A DNA stretch of 64,000 bases from positions 1 through 64,000 of the IMG/VR virus record IMGVR_UViG_3300027542_000007; one strand, written 5' to 3'. The stretch is from an uncultured virus (IMG/VR IMGVR_UViG_3300027542_000007). Lineage: Duplodnaviria; Heunggongvirae; Uroviricota; Caudoviricetes. Positions 1 through 8,794 of this stretch are shown in pieces (the stretch's first letter is position 1; each line of letters begins with the position of its first letter). The translations under genes were made by a program, and so were the position numbers. The notes beneath the pieces were generated by a model. The model was not told the DNA's origin. It did no database searches and saw nothing but the letters and a program-made list of their open reading frames with translations.

Positions 1-822
1 AGTGATGCAGATGCAGATGGAGATCATATCTGTTGTTTATTATTGTCATTCTTTATATTGTATATGCCTGGTTTGGTAGAGTCTGGAAGGGTATATCGTG
101 CTGTTCCACCATTATACGGAATTACAATAAAGTCTAAGAATATATACTTCACTCGAAAGATAGACTACATTAAATATGTACAAAAGCTATTCATAAAGGA
201 TAACGATATTAAGTACGGAGATGGAAAAACTATATCCCAAACTGACCTTACAAAGTTATTATACTCGAATATAGATTATGTATACGAGATAGAAAGGATA
301 TCAAATCGATATGCAGTTTCCCCAGAGTTACTTGAAACAGTTCTGATGTTGCATTTAGCTAAGGCCGATTACAACAAGATGAAGAGAGATATAGAGAAAA
401 AATATAGATTTCTTAAAATAACTAATCAGAACGGCGTGCCAATGATTACCGGTTCCTTAGATTTAGCTATTCAGACATTATTCGTGACTGATGTGTTAAT
501 AAAGGATTGCTCAAGGATTATAAATATTCTTGTAAGCAATGCTAATGTGTCCTTTATGGTTAACAATAACAAAGTATTGTTGTATGGATTAATGAAAGGA
601 TTTGATGAATCTAGTCCTAAAAATTTAAGAAGGTTTAAAGGACTTGGAGAGATGGATGGTCCATCATTATACGAATCTACAGTTAATAAGAATACGCGTA
701 CGCTCATTCAGTTTACCACAGAAAATATTAAAGATACCATTGAGAGCATCAGGTACTACGAGAATAATAAAGATAAGCTTCTTGAGGGTATAACAGTATC
801 TAGATTTGATGTAATAGGATAA
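1..822 (+). CDS. gyrB: DNA gyrase/type IIA topoisomerase subunit B, C-terminal part (5' truncated)
   Basis: Frame open from base 1: SDADADGDHI (TOPRIM DxDxDG), PPLY, RFKGLGEM. Confidence 0.93.
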   Translation, partial: SDADADGDHICCLLLSFFILYMPGLVESGRVYRAVPPLYGITIKSKNIYFTRKIDYIKYVQKLFIKDNDIKYGDGKTISQTDLTKLLYSNIDYVYEIERISNRYAVSPELLETVLMLHLAKADYNKMKRDIEKKYRFLKITNQNGVPMITGSLDLAIQTLFVTDVLIKDCSRIINILVSNANVSFMVNNNKVLLYGLMKGFDESSPKNLRRFKGLGEMDGPSLYESTVNKNTRTLIQFTTENIKDTIESIRYYENNKDKLLEGITVSRFDVIG

Positions 823-842
823 AGTTAATTATTCTAAAGATC

Positions 843-942
843 AAATTTAATCTCATATCTTAAAATAATCTAAATTAAAATATAATAATCTTATACGTTG
901 AATGAATCTAGATAATAAAATCTTAATCTAAATCTATGATTG
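843..942 (+). repeat. Degenerate TIGR-like dual-repeat array (about 2.5 units, 38-nt period)
   Basis: AAATTTAATCT-catatctta-AAATAATCT-aaattaaaa-TATAATAATCT-tatacgttg-AATGAATCT-agataataa-AATCTTAATCT-aaatctatg-ATTG; same repeats and 9-nt spacing as 2873-3062. Confidence 0.75.
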
Positions 943-947
943 TAGCG

Positions 948-986
948 GGCTAGGAGAATATTCTCCTAGCCTATATTTTATTTTTT
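948..986 (+). terminator. Intrinsic terminator
   Basis: GGCTAGGAGAAT/ATTCTCCTAGCC inverted repeat followed by T-rich tract. Confidence 0.8.
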
Positions 987-1078
987 GTGAAATTGCTTAT
1001 TTTTGACCATATAATATTTAAGTGAATAAGAAATTCTATATTCAATAAAAATATTAAAATCTAAGGAGGAAACCAAAA

Positions 1079-1213
1079 ATGAAAGAAACAAAAGAAAGAA
1101 AAACAAGAAATGCAGAAGAAGAAGTTAGACAAGCAATTTTGCTGGGGGCTATGATTTTAAACTCGGCGTCTAACGTAAAAACCTATGTTCCTGCGGTAAA
1201 GTTGGCTAAGTAA
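1079..1213 (+). CDS. Small hypothetical protein (44 aa)
   Basis: AAGGAGGA RBS; MKETKERKTRNAEEEVRQAILLGAMILNSASNVKTYVPAVKLAK; below ORF-track cutoff. Confidence 0.6.
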   Translation: MKETKERKTRNAEEEVRQAILLGAMILNSASNVKTYVPAVKLAK

Positions 1214-1280
1214 ATTAAAAACTAAATAAAGAAAAAGACATTTAAAACATAATAAGACTAAATAAATGGAGGATTAAAAA

Positions 1281-1676
1281 ATGAAAAATGCTGTAGCAAG
1301 AATGAATCTCGTAGCAAATATCGGAACCAATTTCGGAGAGAAGAATGCTTCTCTGGTTAGGCAGATGATTAACCGTATGCAGCCGCACTTGTATGATAGA
1401 TTACCGTGTGTGTATGAAGATTCGTATTATGTGTATTGTCAGAAACGATTCTTAAACAAAGTAGCCGGCAGAGGAGTAAAGATGCTGGTTGTCTATGTTG
1501 ATGATATTGATTGCTTGGTATATGAAGCATTCAAAATTACAAAGAAGCTCTGCGACAGATTCAATATCAAATTGGTGGCATTTAAATGGAATGAGAAGTT
1601 GAATAGCTTTGAGAGATTCAATACTATGATAGAAGATCTTGAAACTATAAAGAGATCGAATTATAAGGTAAATTAA
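1281..1676 (+). CDS. Hypothetical protein
   Basis: GGAGG RBS, 131-aa ORF. Confidence 0.75.
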   Translation: MKNAVARMNLVANIGTNFGEKNASLVRQMINRMQPHLYDRLPCVYEDSYYVYCQKRFLNKVAGRGVKMLVVYVDDIDCLVYEAFKITKKLCDRFNIKLVAFKWNEKLNSFERFNTMIEDLETIKRSNYKVN

Positions 1677-1752
1677 CAATAATGAATCTCAGGGGCTCAA
1701 TCAATGAATTTGAGCCTCTTAACTTTATTTTATACAGAAAGGTTATAAAAAG

Positions 1753-2868
1753 ATGAAAAAAAATTTAAATGAAATACACGAAGTAGGAACTGCTGAATAT
1801 GAGGCTACTGGATTAGCGAAGATTTCTAAATCTGTAAAGGAGTCTATGGTTTATATTACTAAAGAGCAAATTAAAGCTATGGTTGACAGGGTTTACCAAG
1901 CTCAGCACGACAGGATTGAGTTGGAAGCGCAGCTTAAGGCGATTAACCAGGGAAGAGATAAAGATTCTGATACTGTAAAGAAAGCCGAAAAGAAGAATAC
2001 TATAACTGCTATGGAATGGCTCTGTCAAGATGCTGCAAACAGAGAAGCGCAGATTAAGGAAATGCTTAACGAGTATTGTAAAAGCGAGCCAGTTTGCGTT
2101 TGGGCTATGCAGATAAAAGGTATTGGGCCCGTAATAGCTTCATACCTGTGGGCACATTTAGACTTGAACAAATGCAACAGTGTCGGAGCTTTTCACTCTT
2201 ATGCTGGTTTAAACGATAATAATAACCCATGGTTAGGTGTAGAAAAGGCCACAACTCTTGTTAAAGAGGTTTATGAGGAGTTGGGATATGACAAGAAGCA
2301 TGAAGCAGATGAGCGCGTGTTAGCTGCAGTTTCGGAGAAGACCACTCGTCGTCCGAACATCATATCGAATGGCATTAATGTAGCTAAAAAGTCCAACAAG
2401 AAAAAGAAACTAACGGATATGGAGGCACTGATTAAATATCTTTCTAAGCCACCATATAATGAAGATCTGAAGACAATGTGTTGCTTTAAGATCCCTCGAT
2501 TGTCGTTTGCGATGAATTGCAATCGCGGTTCTTTATATGGGGAATTATATAAAGAAAGAAAGGCATATGAAGAACGTAAAAACAAGAATTTAGAATATGC
2601 TGATCAGGCGGCTGCTGTTTTGAAGAGAAGAAAAAAATATCTCAAAAAGAAGGAAATAAAAACCCTAGAGTCTGGAATGTTGTTGGATTCACATATCACC
2701 ACTCGGGCGTTAAGGAGATCAGTAAAAATCTTCTTATCTCATTTTTGGGAATGCGCTTATCGATATGAGCACAAGTCTAATAACAGAGCTCCATTATATG
2801 TCATGGACATTGCAAAGCATAAAGACTATATAGAACCTGAAGTTCCATTCCCGGATTTTAGCAAGTAA
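1753..2868 (+). CDS. IS110-related Nop-domain protein without nuclease domain; TasA-like TIGR-associated protein
   Basis: Coiled-coil, then IKGIGPVIASYLWAHL...SVGAFHSYAGL (IS110 Tnp/Nop helix-hairpin region), PPYNEDLK, C-terminal H..RALRR.VKIFLSHFW. No N-terminal GIDxxK RuvC motif. Dual-repeat array starts 4 nt after the stop codon. Confidence 0.85.
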   Translation: MKKNLNEIHEVGTAEYEATGLAKISKSVKESMVYITKEQIKAMVDRVYQAQHDRIELEAQLKAINQGRDKDSDTVKKAEKKNTITAMEWLCQDAANREAQIKEMLNEYCKSEPVCVWAMQIKGIGPVIASYLWAHLDLNKCNSVGAFHSYAGLNDNNNPWLGVEKATTLVKEVYEELGYDKKHEADERVLAAVSEKTTRRPNIISNGINVAKKSNKKKKLTDMEALIKYLSKPPYNEDLKTMCCFKIPRLSFAMNCNRGSLYGELYKERKAYEERKNKNLEYADQAAAVLKRRKKYLKKKEIKTLESGMLLDSHITTRALRRSVKIFLSHFWECAYRYEHKSNNRAPLYVMDIAKHKDYIEPEVPFPDFSK

Positions 2869-2872
2869 CCGT

Positions 2873-3062
2873 ATTGAATCTATGTTTCAGAATTATAATC
2901 TTCGCGGGAAAATGAATCTTAGGTTCTATATAGTAATCTGTTTTCGCGTATGAATCTGCGGCATTAAATTTTAATCTTGTTGGCAGAATGAATCTTATGT
3001 ATGATATAGTAATCTGTTCTCGTGTATGAATCTGCGGCATTAAATTTTAATCTTGTTGGCAA
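2873..3062 (+). repeat. TIGR-like guide-RNA array: 5 units of 38 nt (NATGAATCT - 9-nt spacer - WATWDTAATCT - 9-nt spacer)
   Basis: Units start at 2873, 2911, 2949, 2987, 3025; spacer pairs atgtttcag/tcgcgggaa, taggttcta/gttttcgcg, gcggcatta/tgttggcag, tatgtatga/gttctcgtg, gcggcatta/tgttggcaa. Confidence 0.9.
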
Positions 3063-3070
3063 AAGGTTTA

Positions 3071-3120
3071 AATAAATATAGGCTGAGAATAATAAATTTC
3101 TCAGCCTATATTTATTTTTT
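3071..3120 (+). terminator. Intrinsic terminator closing the Tas+array transcript
   Basis: AATAAATATAGGCTGAGA/TCTCAGCCTATATTTATT stem plus T tract. Confidence 0.8.
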
Positions 3121-3126
3121 GTATTA

Positions 3127-3134
3127 TATATTAT
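3127..3134 (+). promoter_or_regulatory. TATATTAT early-promoter-like motif; also at 14417, 18358, 33640, 52307, 57195 (+) and 51657-51664 (-)
   Basis: Recurs in intergenic DNA shortly upstream of genes including RNAP subunits and DNA polymerase; resembles phiKZ/AR9 early promoter cores. Confidence 0.6.
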
Positions 3135-3167
3135 ATTTATGATTATCTATGAAAGGAGGAGGTTATA

Positions 3168-3554
3168 GTGTACAATGGAGACGTTTGGTATATGATACCT
3201 GGATTTAATGGATATGAGATAAACGAGGACAAAGTAGTAAGGTCTATGAAAAGATTTAACGCAGTACCAGGATATCTTATTAAGTTATATAAAGGAGGTT
3301 ATTATGAACTCTCTGATAACCATTGTAAAAGGGTTAGAAAAACTCCTGATGAACTGTGGGATTTAGTTCAGGAGCAAATAAAAAATTCTAAAGCACAGGT
3401 TCGTGTACGCGAAGATTATCATAATCACATAAGTAGTAGAAACAAATTTAAAAATTTTTATCCTGAATCTATAGAAGAAGACAAATCATCTCCAGGCTTG
3501 AAAAGGGGGTCCGATGATAGATTTTATATGGATTTTTCAGGATTAATGAATTAG
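3168..3554 (+). CDS. NUMOD4-like motif protein without a recognisable HNH domain
   Basis: N-terminal WYMIPGFNGYEINEDKVVRS resembles NUMOD4; AGGAGG RBS. Confidence 0.5.
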   Translation: MYNGDVWYMIPGFNGYEINEDKVVRSMKRFNAVPGYLIKLYKGGYYELSDNHCKRVRKTPDELWDLVQEQIKNSKAQVRVREDYHNHISSRNKFKNFYPESIEEDKSSPGLKRGSDDRFYMDFSGLMN

Positions 3555-3896
3555 GAGGATGGAAAGTGAAAAAGGAATTCGTAGAAAGAAAGGTTTACAA
3601 TAATGTGATACCTGTAAAATTGGTTTCATCGTCAGTACCCATTTTGCTATAATGATTATATAAATAGGATAGAGAGGGCGCGAAATACAAAAAGTCTTCT
3701 TGATAATTATTTAAAATCATTAGGATTGTGTTATAAACAAAACAGGAAATGAGTATATTATCCATGATGATGGAAAATTATATTGTGATTATTATAAAAA
3801 CACCAAAATAGAGGATTATGAATATGAAATTGGCAAAATATACGATTTGGCATCGGCAATAACTATACATTAATTTTATAAAGGAGATGTAGATAA

Positions 3897-6287
3897 ATGC
3901 CAGAAACGATAATACAACAAGATGCTGCTGTATCACATAAGAATAGTATGGGGAACTATGCCATTGAAGTTAACCTTAGAAGATCAACTCCAGATGCAAA
4001 GGATGGATTGAAATTAGTTCATAGGCGTATATTGGACGTCATGTTTAATGATGAACCTTGTGCTGAGAAGTTAGTAAAAACGTCTGCAGTTGTAGGTACT
4101 ACGATGAAAAAGTCCCATCCGCACGGAGATGCTTCTATAGGAGATGCTATTAAACCGATGGTAAACTGGTGGGAGATAGGAATACCGTTAATAGATACAA
4201 GGTCGAACTATGGTAATTTCCACGGTAAAGGAGCAGCAGCACCTCGATATACAGAGATAAAATTATCACAATTCTGTTTGGATTGTGTAATTGGGGATTT
4301 AAGAAAATCCAAAAATATTGTAGATTGGGTAGATACTTTTGACTATAGGGATAAAGAGCCAGAATATTTTCCGGTAAAAGTCCCGTTGCTATTAATAAAT
4401 GGAACATTTGGTATTGGGGTTGGTATTAAAACTGAGATTCCTAAGCATCCTATTAATGAAGTCATAGATGCAACTCTTAGAGTTATAGAAGACCCGTCTG
4501 CCCCAGTGGTGTTGGTTCCCGACACTTGTATGCCATGTGAAATAGTAGAAGCGAATTGGAAAAAGATTTGCAACACTGGACATGGAAAGTATAAAGTAAG
4601 AGGTATTATTGATATTGAACAGAATAAAGATGGTTCATATTCACTGATAATAAAGTCAGTCCCAGATAGAGTATATTTCGATAGAGGGAATGCTGAGAAT
4701 GGTGGCGTTAAATATGTCATACTTAAAATGGTAGAAGAGAAGAAACTTCCTCAAATAATGAGTATTGACATAGATTCCAAAGGAACAGATATGAGAATAA
4801 TCATCCGTCTAAGAAAAGGAGCGGACCCCAATTTTGTGAGGGATATGATTTATAAAAACACTCAGATGGAAAGCCCATATAGTGTTAACTTTGAAACTCT
4901 AGATGGAATCAAACCCCTCAGGATGTCATATAAATCTTATATTGAGTTCTTTATAGAACAAGCAAAGACGAACAAGTTTAGACTATACGCCAATAAGCTT
5001 CAAAAGGCAAATACTCGATATCATAAGATAACCTCTTATATAGAGATATTAAAATCAGATAAGCTTCAGGAAATGCTCAAAGTAATGCAGACAATGAAGG
5101 AAATAAACGATAAAGCATTGATGGAAAAATTAATTAAGAAATTCGGCATTAGCGATATTCAAGCAGAGTTTTTAATTAATTCAACTTATAAGACTTCGTC
5201 AATAGCATATCGTTTATCATATGAGAAAGAGGCAAAAGCATTAGAAGAGGATATTAAGCATTTCATTGATATGATTACTATTGATGAATTGATTATTCAA
5301 GAGATAGTAGATGAGCTCAAATATTTTAAGAAGAAATATGGACAGCCTAGACGAAGTAAAGTTATAAAGATTAAAGACCTATCTCATATACCAGAAGGGC
5401 AATTTAATATCGTCATAACCGAAGCCGGGTTCGTCAGAAAATTATCTCCTTTTGATGCTGTTAATAACATTAAAGGAGATGCTCCTAAGCATGTTATGAC
5501 TGTAGAGAATACAGAGAATATATTGTTGTTTACAGCATCTGGTAAGGTATTTAATGTTCCAATACACAAGATTCCGGTAACGGAAAAAAGTGGAGTAGGA
5601 ACTGACTTAAGATTACTAGTAAAAGGATTAGTCAGTGATATAGTGGAAATCATGTATCTTCCCATGGTGAAAGAACGTGCTAATGATGCTAAGAATAAAT
5701 ACTTTATAATGACTCTTACCGAAGGTAATTGTATAAAGAAAATGGATTTAGATGATTTTCTTAATGTGCCGCCATCTGGAATCTTATTCACAAAGATTAA
5801 TTCTGGTGATAGAGTTATTGATGTAAAAATCGTGTCTAAGGATTCTGATATAATAGTATGGTCAGATAGGAAGGCTTTACGTATGAAAGCTGAATCTGTT
5901 CCTCACTTCAGAAGAAATACTTTAGGCGTTGGCGCTATGAGTGGTAAAGATCATATTGATGGATTTACTGAAGTTCGTAAAGATATTACTGATGTCTTAG
6001 TAATAACTAATTCTGGAAGGGTTAATCGATTTGATATTATAGGGTTGCCGTTATCAGATAGATATAAAGCCGGCTCCAATGTGGTTAAACTAGGAAAAAC
6101 TGATAGTATACATTCTATACTATGCTGTAATTCAAATGATATGGTACTAGTCACTTCTAAAGTTGGAGACACAGAATATCCCGTGAGTTCTATAAAGACG
6201 GGCTCTAGTATATCTGCTGGAGAAAAAGTAATACCTCTGAAAAATGATGTAATATTAAAAACAAAAATTCTCAGTAACCCGAACTAA
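3897..6287 (+). CDS. gyrA: DNA gyrase/type IIA topoisomerase subunit A
   Basis: PDAKDGLKLVHRRIL, HPHGD, catalytic AAAPRYTE, LLINGTFGIGVG, C-terminal beta-pinwheel-like repeats. Confidence 0.95.
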   Translation: MPETIIQQDAAVSHKNSMGNYAIEVNLRRSTPDAKDGLKLVHRRILDVMFNDEPCAEKLVKTSAVVGTTMKKSHPHGDASIGDAIKPMVNWWEIGIPLIDTRSNYGNFHGKGAAAPRYTEIKLSQFCLDCVIGDLRKSKNIVDWVDTFDYRDKEPEYFPVKVPLLLINGTFGIGVGIKTEIPKHPINEVIDATLRVIEDPSAPVVLVPDTCMPCEIVEANWKKICNTGHGKYKVRGIIDIEQNKDGSYSLIIKSVPDRVYFDRGNAENGGVKYVILKMVEEKKLPQIMSIDIDSKGTDMRIIIRLRKGADPNFVRDMIYKNTQMESPYSVNFETLDGIKPLRMSYKSYIEFFIEQAKTNKFRLYANKLQKANTRYHKITSYIEILKSDKLQEMLKVMQTMKEINDKALMEKLIKKFGISDIQAEFLINSTYKTSSIAYRLSYEKEAKALEEDIKHFIDMITIDELIIQEIVDELKYFKKKYGQPRRSKVIKIKDLSHIPEGQFNIVITEAGFVRKLSPFDAVNNIKGDAPKHVMTVENTENILLFTASGKVFNVPIHKIPVTEKSGVGTDLRLLVKGLVSDIVEIMYLPMVKERANDAKNKYFIMTLTEGNCIKKMDLDDFLNVPPSGILFTKINSGDRVIDVKIVSKDSDIIVWSDRKALRMKAESVPHFRRNTLGVGAMSGKDHIDGFTEVRKDITDVLVITNSGRVNRFDIIGLPLSDRYKAGSNVVKLGKTDSIHSILCCNSNDMVLVTSKVGDTEYPVSSIKTGSSISAGEKVIPLKNDVILKTKILSNPN

Positions 6288-6305
6288 TGGGTTACTGAGC
6301 TTATT

Positions 6306-7760
6306 TTGTTAGAAAGAGTGGTGAATACTTTGTTTGAAGCTAATGAATATTATTCGTTAGACGAAGAGTCGGCCCATTACAATTTATTAAAAATTATTAA
6401 GGGCTCTACTTCTTCTGCTAAAACACTGTTTGACATTTCTACTAAACTTGATAGAAGAATGATATTTGCAAATAATATTATTTCAATCAGATGGGGCGAT
6501 AACAAAAGAAATGGAGCATATATGTTATTTAATTCGATGGCAGATAGACGATTCTGTGCCCGCCGTCGTAATCTTAGAACGATACGTACTGATAAAATGC
6601 TAATAATAGGAATTGATAAGGAGGAGGCTAAATACGATATGAATGCTAATATTAAAAATAAAATATATGATTTTGCAAAGTTACAAATCTTAAATAAATT
6701 TCACACTAGTACAAGATTAAATTTAAATCAAGAATCAATGATTAGATTCTTAAAGTGGTTATCTAAATATGATAAAAAGTGGAAAACTCGTATTAAAAGA
6801 ATTTCAAAATACGAATATGAGTTTAGAATTGTCGATTATTTTATTATAATAGATGGTAATACCATAGTAAGGTTAAGAACCGGAGATGCTATAAAAAGTG
6901 CAATGAATACTTATGATATACTTAACGGAGGATCATTTATATCATATAAAACCATTCTTGTAGATATATATGGTAAACAATGCTTTGCCCTAATAAAGTT
7001 ATTTGATTCTTTAACAAGTTTTAGAAAAAGTATTGGGTGTTATACTGTATCTCATTCTTCTAATCGTGATCCTAATGTAGAAGTATATTATAAATCATTA
7101 AGTACAAGAAGCAAAGAAACCGTATTTATGAATAAAGATATAAATAACCGATTGTTTGCTCATATCGATAGGTTCCTTTCAAACAAGAATAAATATAAAT
7201 CCAGAGATTTGTTATATAAGACCGGAATCCTGTTATATGGAGAACCAGGAACTGGAAAATCTACAATATCTAGAATGATTTGTACAGAATATGATTTAGA
7301 TATGATTATTATTGATATGAGTAATTTTTGTAAAATGAATATTGATTATATTACCAACAGTATTAATGCTGATGGAAATATGTATGTGATAGTATTAGAA
7401 GACATTGATAGAGTAATGGATAATGCTGAAACTGATAAATATGAAGCTGTCAACAAATTACTTCAATTTTTGGATTCATCGTCCTCTCCTACTAATGTAA
7501 TATTTATAGCTACTACTAATCATTTAGATAGATTAGATCCTGCTATTACACGTGACGGTAGGTTTGATCTTGCGCTTAACGTAGGAAGTATTAACAAAGG
7601 ACCAGCTTTAAATATGATTAAATCGTTTGATGTGAATGAATCAGATGCAGAAGAATTATGGAATAAAAATAACGTTAACGGTACAGTAAATCCGGCAAAA
7701 TTACAAAATAAAATTTTGCAGTTCCAAGGAGAAAAAGAATTAGAATTACAGGAGGATTAA
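6306..7760 (+). CDS. AAA+ ATPase (BCS1-like C-terminal domain)
   Basis: GILLYGEPGTGKS, IVLEDID, TTNHLDRLDPAITRDGRFD. Confidence 0.9.
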   Translation: MLERVVNTLFEANEYYSLDEESAHYNLLKIIKGSTSSAKTLFDISTKLDRRMIFANNIISIRWGDNKRNGAYMLFNSMADRRFCARRRNLRTIRTDKMLIIGIDKEEAKYDMNANIKNKIYDFAKLQILNKFHTSTRLNLNQESMIRFLKWLSKYDKKWKTRIKRISKYEYEFRIVDYFIIIDGNTIVRLRTGDAIKSAMNTYDILNGGSFISYKTILVDIYGKQCFALIKLFDSLTSFRKSIGCYTVSHSSNRDPNVEVYYKSLSTRSKETVFMNKDINNRLFAHIDRFLSNKNKYKSRDLLYKTGILLYGEPGTGKSTISRMICTEYDLDMIIIDMSNFCKMNIDYITNSINADGNMYVIVLEDIDRVMDNAETDKYEAVNKLLQFLDSSSSPTNVIFIATTNHLDRLDPAITRDGRFDLALNVGSINKGPALNMIKSFDVNESDAEELWNKNNVNGTVNPAKLQNKILQFQGEKELELQED

Positions 7761-7763
7761 AAA

Positions 7764-8753
7764 ATGAAGAAAATAATTTGTTATCACCATAATGATCACG
7801 ATGGAATAGTAGCAGCAGCAGTACTTGCAGATTATTATAAGAGAGTTGAATCATCTATACCGCTGGATTTTCGTATGGTAGATTACTCATGCGATCTCGA
7901 ATTAGAAGACATAGATGCTGATGAAGTACAAGAAGTATTCTTTCTTGATTATTCGTTTAGTGGTGCAAAAAATTATGAGAATCTTATAAGATTGCATGAA
8001 AGATTTAAGATGGAAGGTAAAGGATCAAATATATATTGGATTGACCATCATAAGTCATCAATAGATAAAGACATTCCAGAAATAAGCGGATACAGAAGTA
8101 ATAGGTATTGTGGTGCTGTATTAACTTGGCTATTTCTTAATACTAGTAATGTAAATTTCCAAGAAGTTATTGAACATAGTGTGAAATTATCAAAAGTTCC
8201 AGAATTTCCAGTATTTTTGAAATATATTGATGACTATGATTGCTGGAAAAAACAGTTTCCGGAGACTAATGATATTCATTACGGATTTAACGTTATAGAT
8301 CCTCAAGATCCAGTATTCCGTATTTTATTATGGAGTAGTAATAAGGAAAAAGCATTAGAATTAATAGAACAATATAAACTTATTGGAGCTGGTGTGAAAA
8401 AATATTTAGAGTTTGAAAATAATAATTATCATGTAAATATGTATGGGTTTAAAGTTAACTTTTGCGGATATAATGCATTTGCGTTAAATCGTAAAGGAAA
8501 CAGCTTGATGTTTGGAAACTTAGTGGATAAATACGACATAGTTATCCCATTTTATTATAATGGTCTTAATGGTCAATGGAATTATTCATTGTTCACTAAT
8601 AGAGATAATTTAGATGTAGAGGAGTTAGCTGTTAAATTTGGAGGAGGAGGGCACAGGCAAGCTGCGGGATTCCAAACAGATAAATGCATATTTGAGAATT
8701 GTAATTATGCGGTGGATACCTTTACTAAAATTATAAATGCTCCGAATACGTAA
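7764..8753 (+). CDS. DHH/DHHA1 family phosphoesterase
   Basis: HHNDHDG, WIDHHKS, FGGGGHRQAAG. Confidence 0.9.
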   Translation: MKKIICYHHNDHDGIVAAAVLADYYKRVESSIPLDFRMVDYSCDLELEDIDADEVQEVFFLDYSFSGAKNYENLIRLHERFKMEGKGSNIYWIDHHKSSIDKDIPEISGYRSNRYCGAVLTWLFLNTSNVNFQEVIEHSVKLSKVPEFPVFLKYIDDYDCWKKQFPETNDIHYGFNVIDPQDPVFRILLWSSNKEKALELIEQYKLIGAGVKKYLEFENNNYHVNMYGFKVNFCGYNAFALNRKGNSLMFGNLVDKYDIVIPFYYNGLNGQWNYSLFTNRDNLDVEELAVKFGGGGHRQAAGFQTDKCIFENCNYAVDTFTKIINAPNT

Positions 8754-8760
8754 GAGGAAA

Positions 8761-8772
8761 AACATCCTGATA
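8761..8772 (+). promoter_or_regulatory. AR9-type late promoter motif AACA-N6-TA; also 13239, 17038, 33585, 37275, 54920, 60832 (+) and 42646-42657, 43467-43478, 48902-48913, 52240-52251 (-)
   Basis: Exact AACA-N6-TA spacing repeatedly upstream of portal, sheath, terminase and other genes; matches the described AR9 non-virion RNAP promoter consensus. Confidence 0.75.
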
Positions 8773-8794
8773 ATACATTATCAGGAGGTTTGGT

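Noticed and set aside
1681..1720. Lone AATGAATCT edge repeat upstream of the Tas-like gene
   Set aside because: No loop repeat at the expected spacing; the following sequence is a terminator-like hairpin (AGGGGCTCAA/TTGAGCCTCT). May be vestigial or chance
1753..2868. Active IS110 insertion sequence (bridge recombinase)
   Set aside because: Lacks the DEDD RuvC domain and the catalytic serine loop; adjacent non-coding DNA is a multi-unit array
2902..2948. Partial complementarity between spacers tcgcgggaa and gttttcgcg
   Set aside because: Needs G-U pairs, depends on the CGCG palindrome and is not repeated in other units
2873..3062. CRISPR array or simple minisatellite
   Set aside because: Repeats are 9 and 11 nt and alternate, spacers are only 9 nt, and no cas genes are visible; variable fixed-length spacers argue against a plain tandem repeat
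3560..3873. Possible frameshifted gene remnant before gyrA
   Set aside because: An RBS and short open segments exist in different frames, but no recognisable homology supports a pseudogene call
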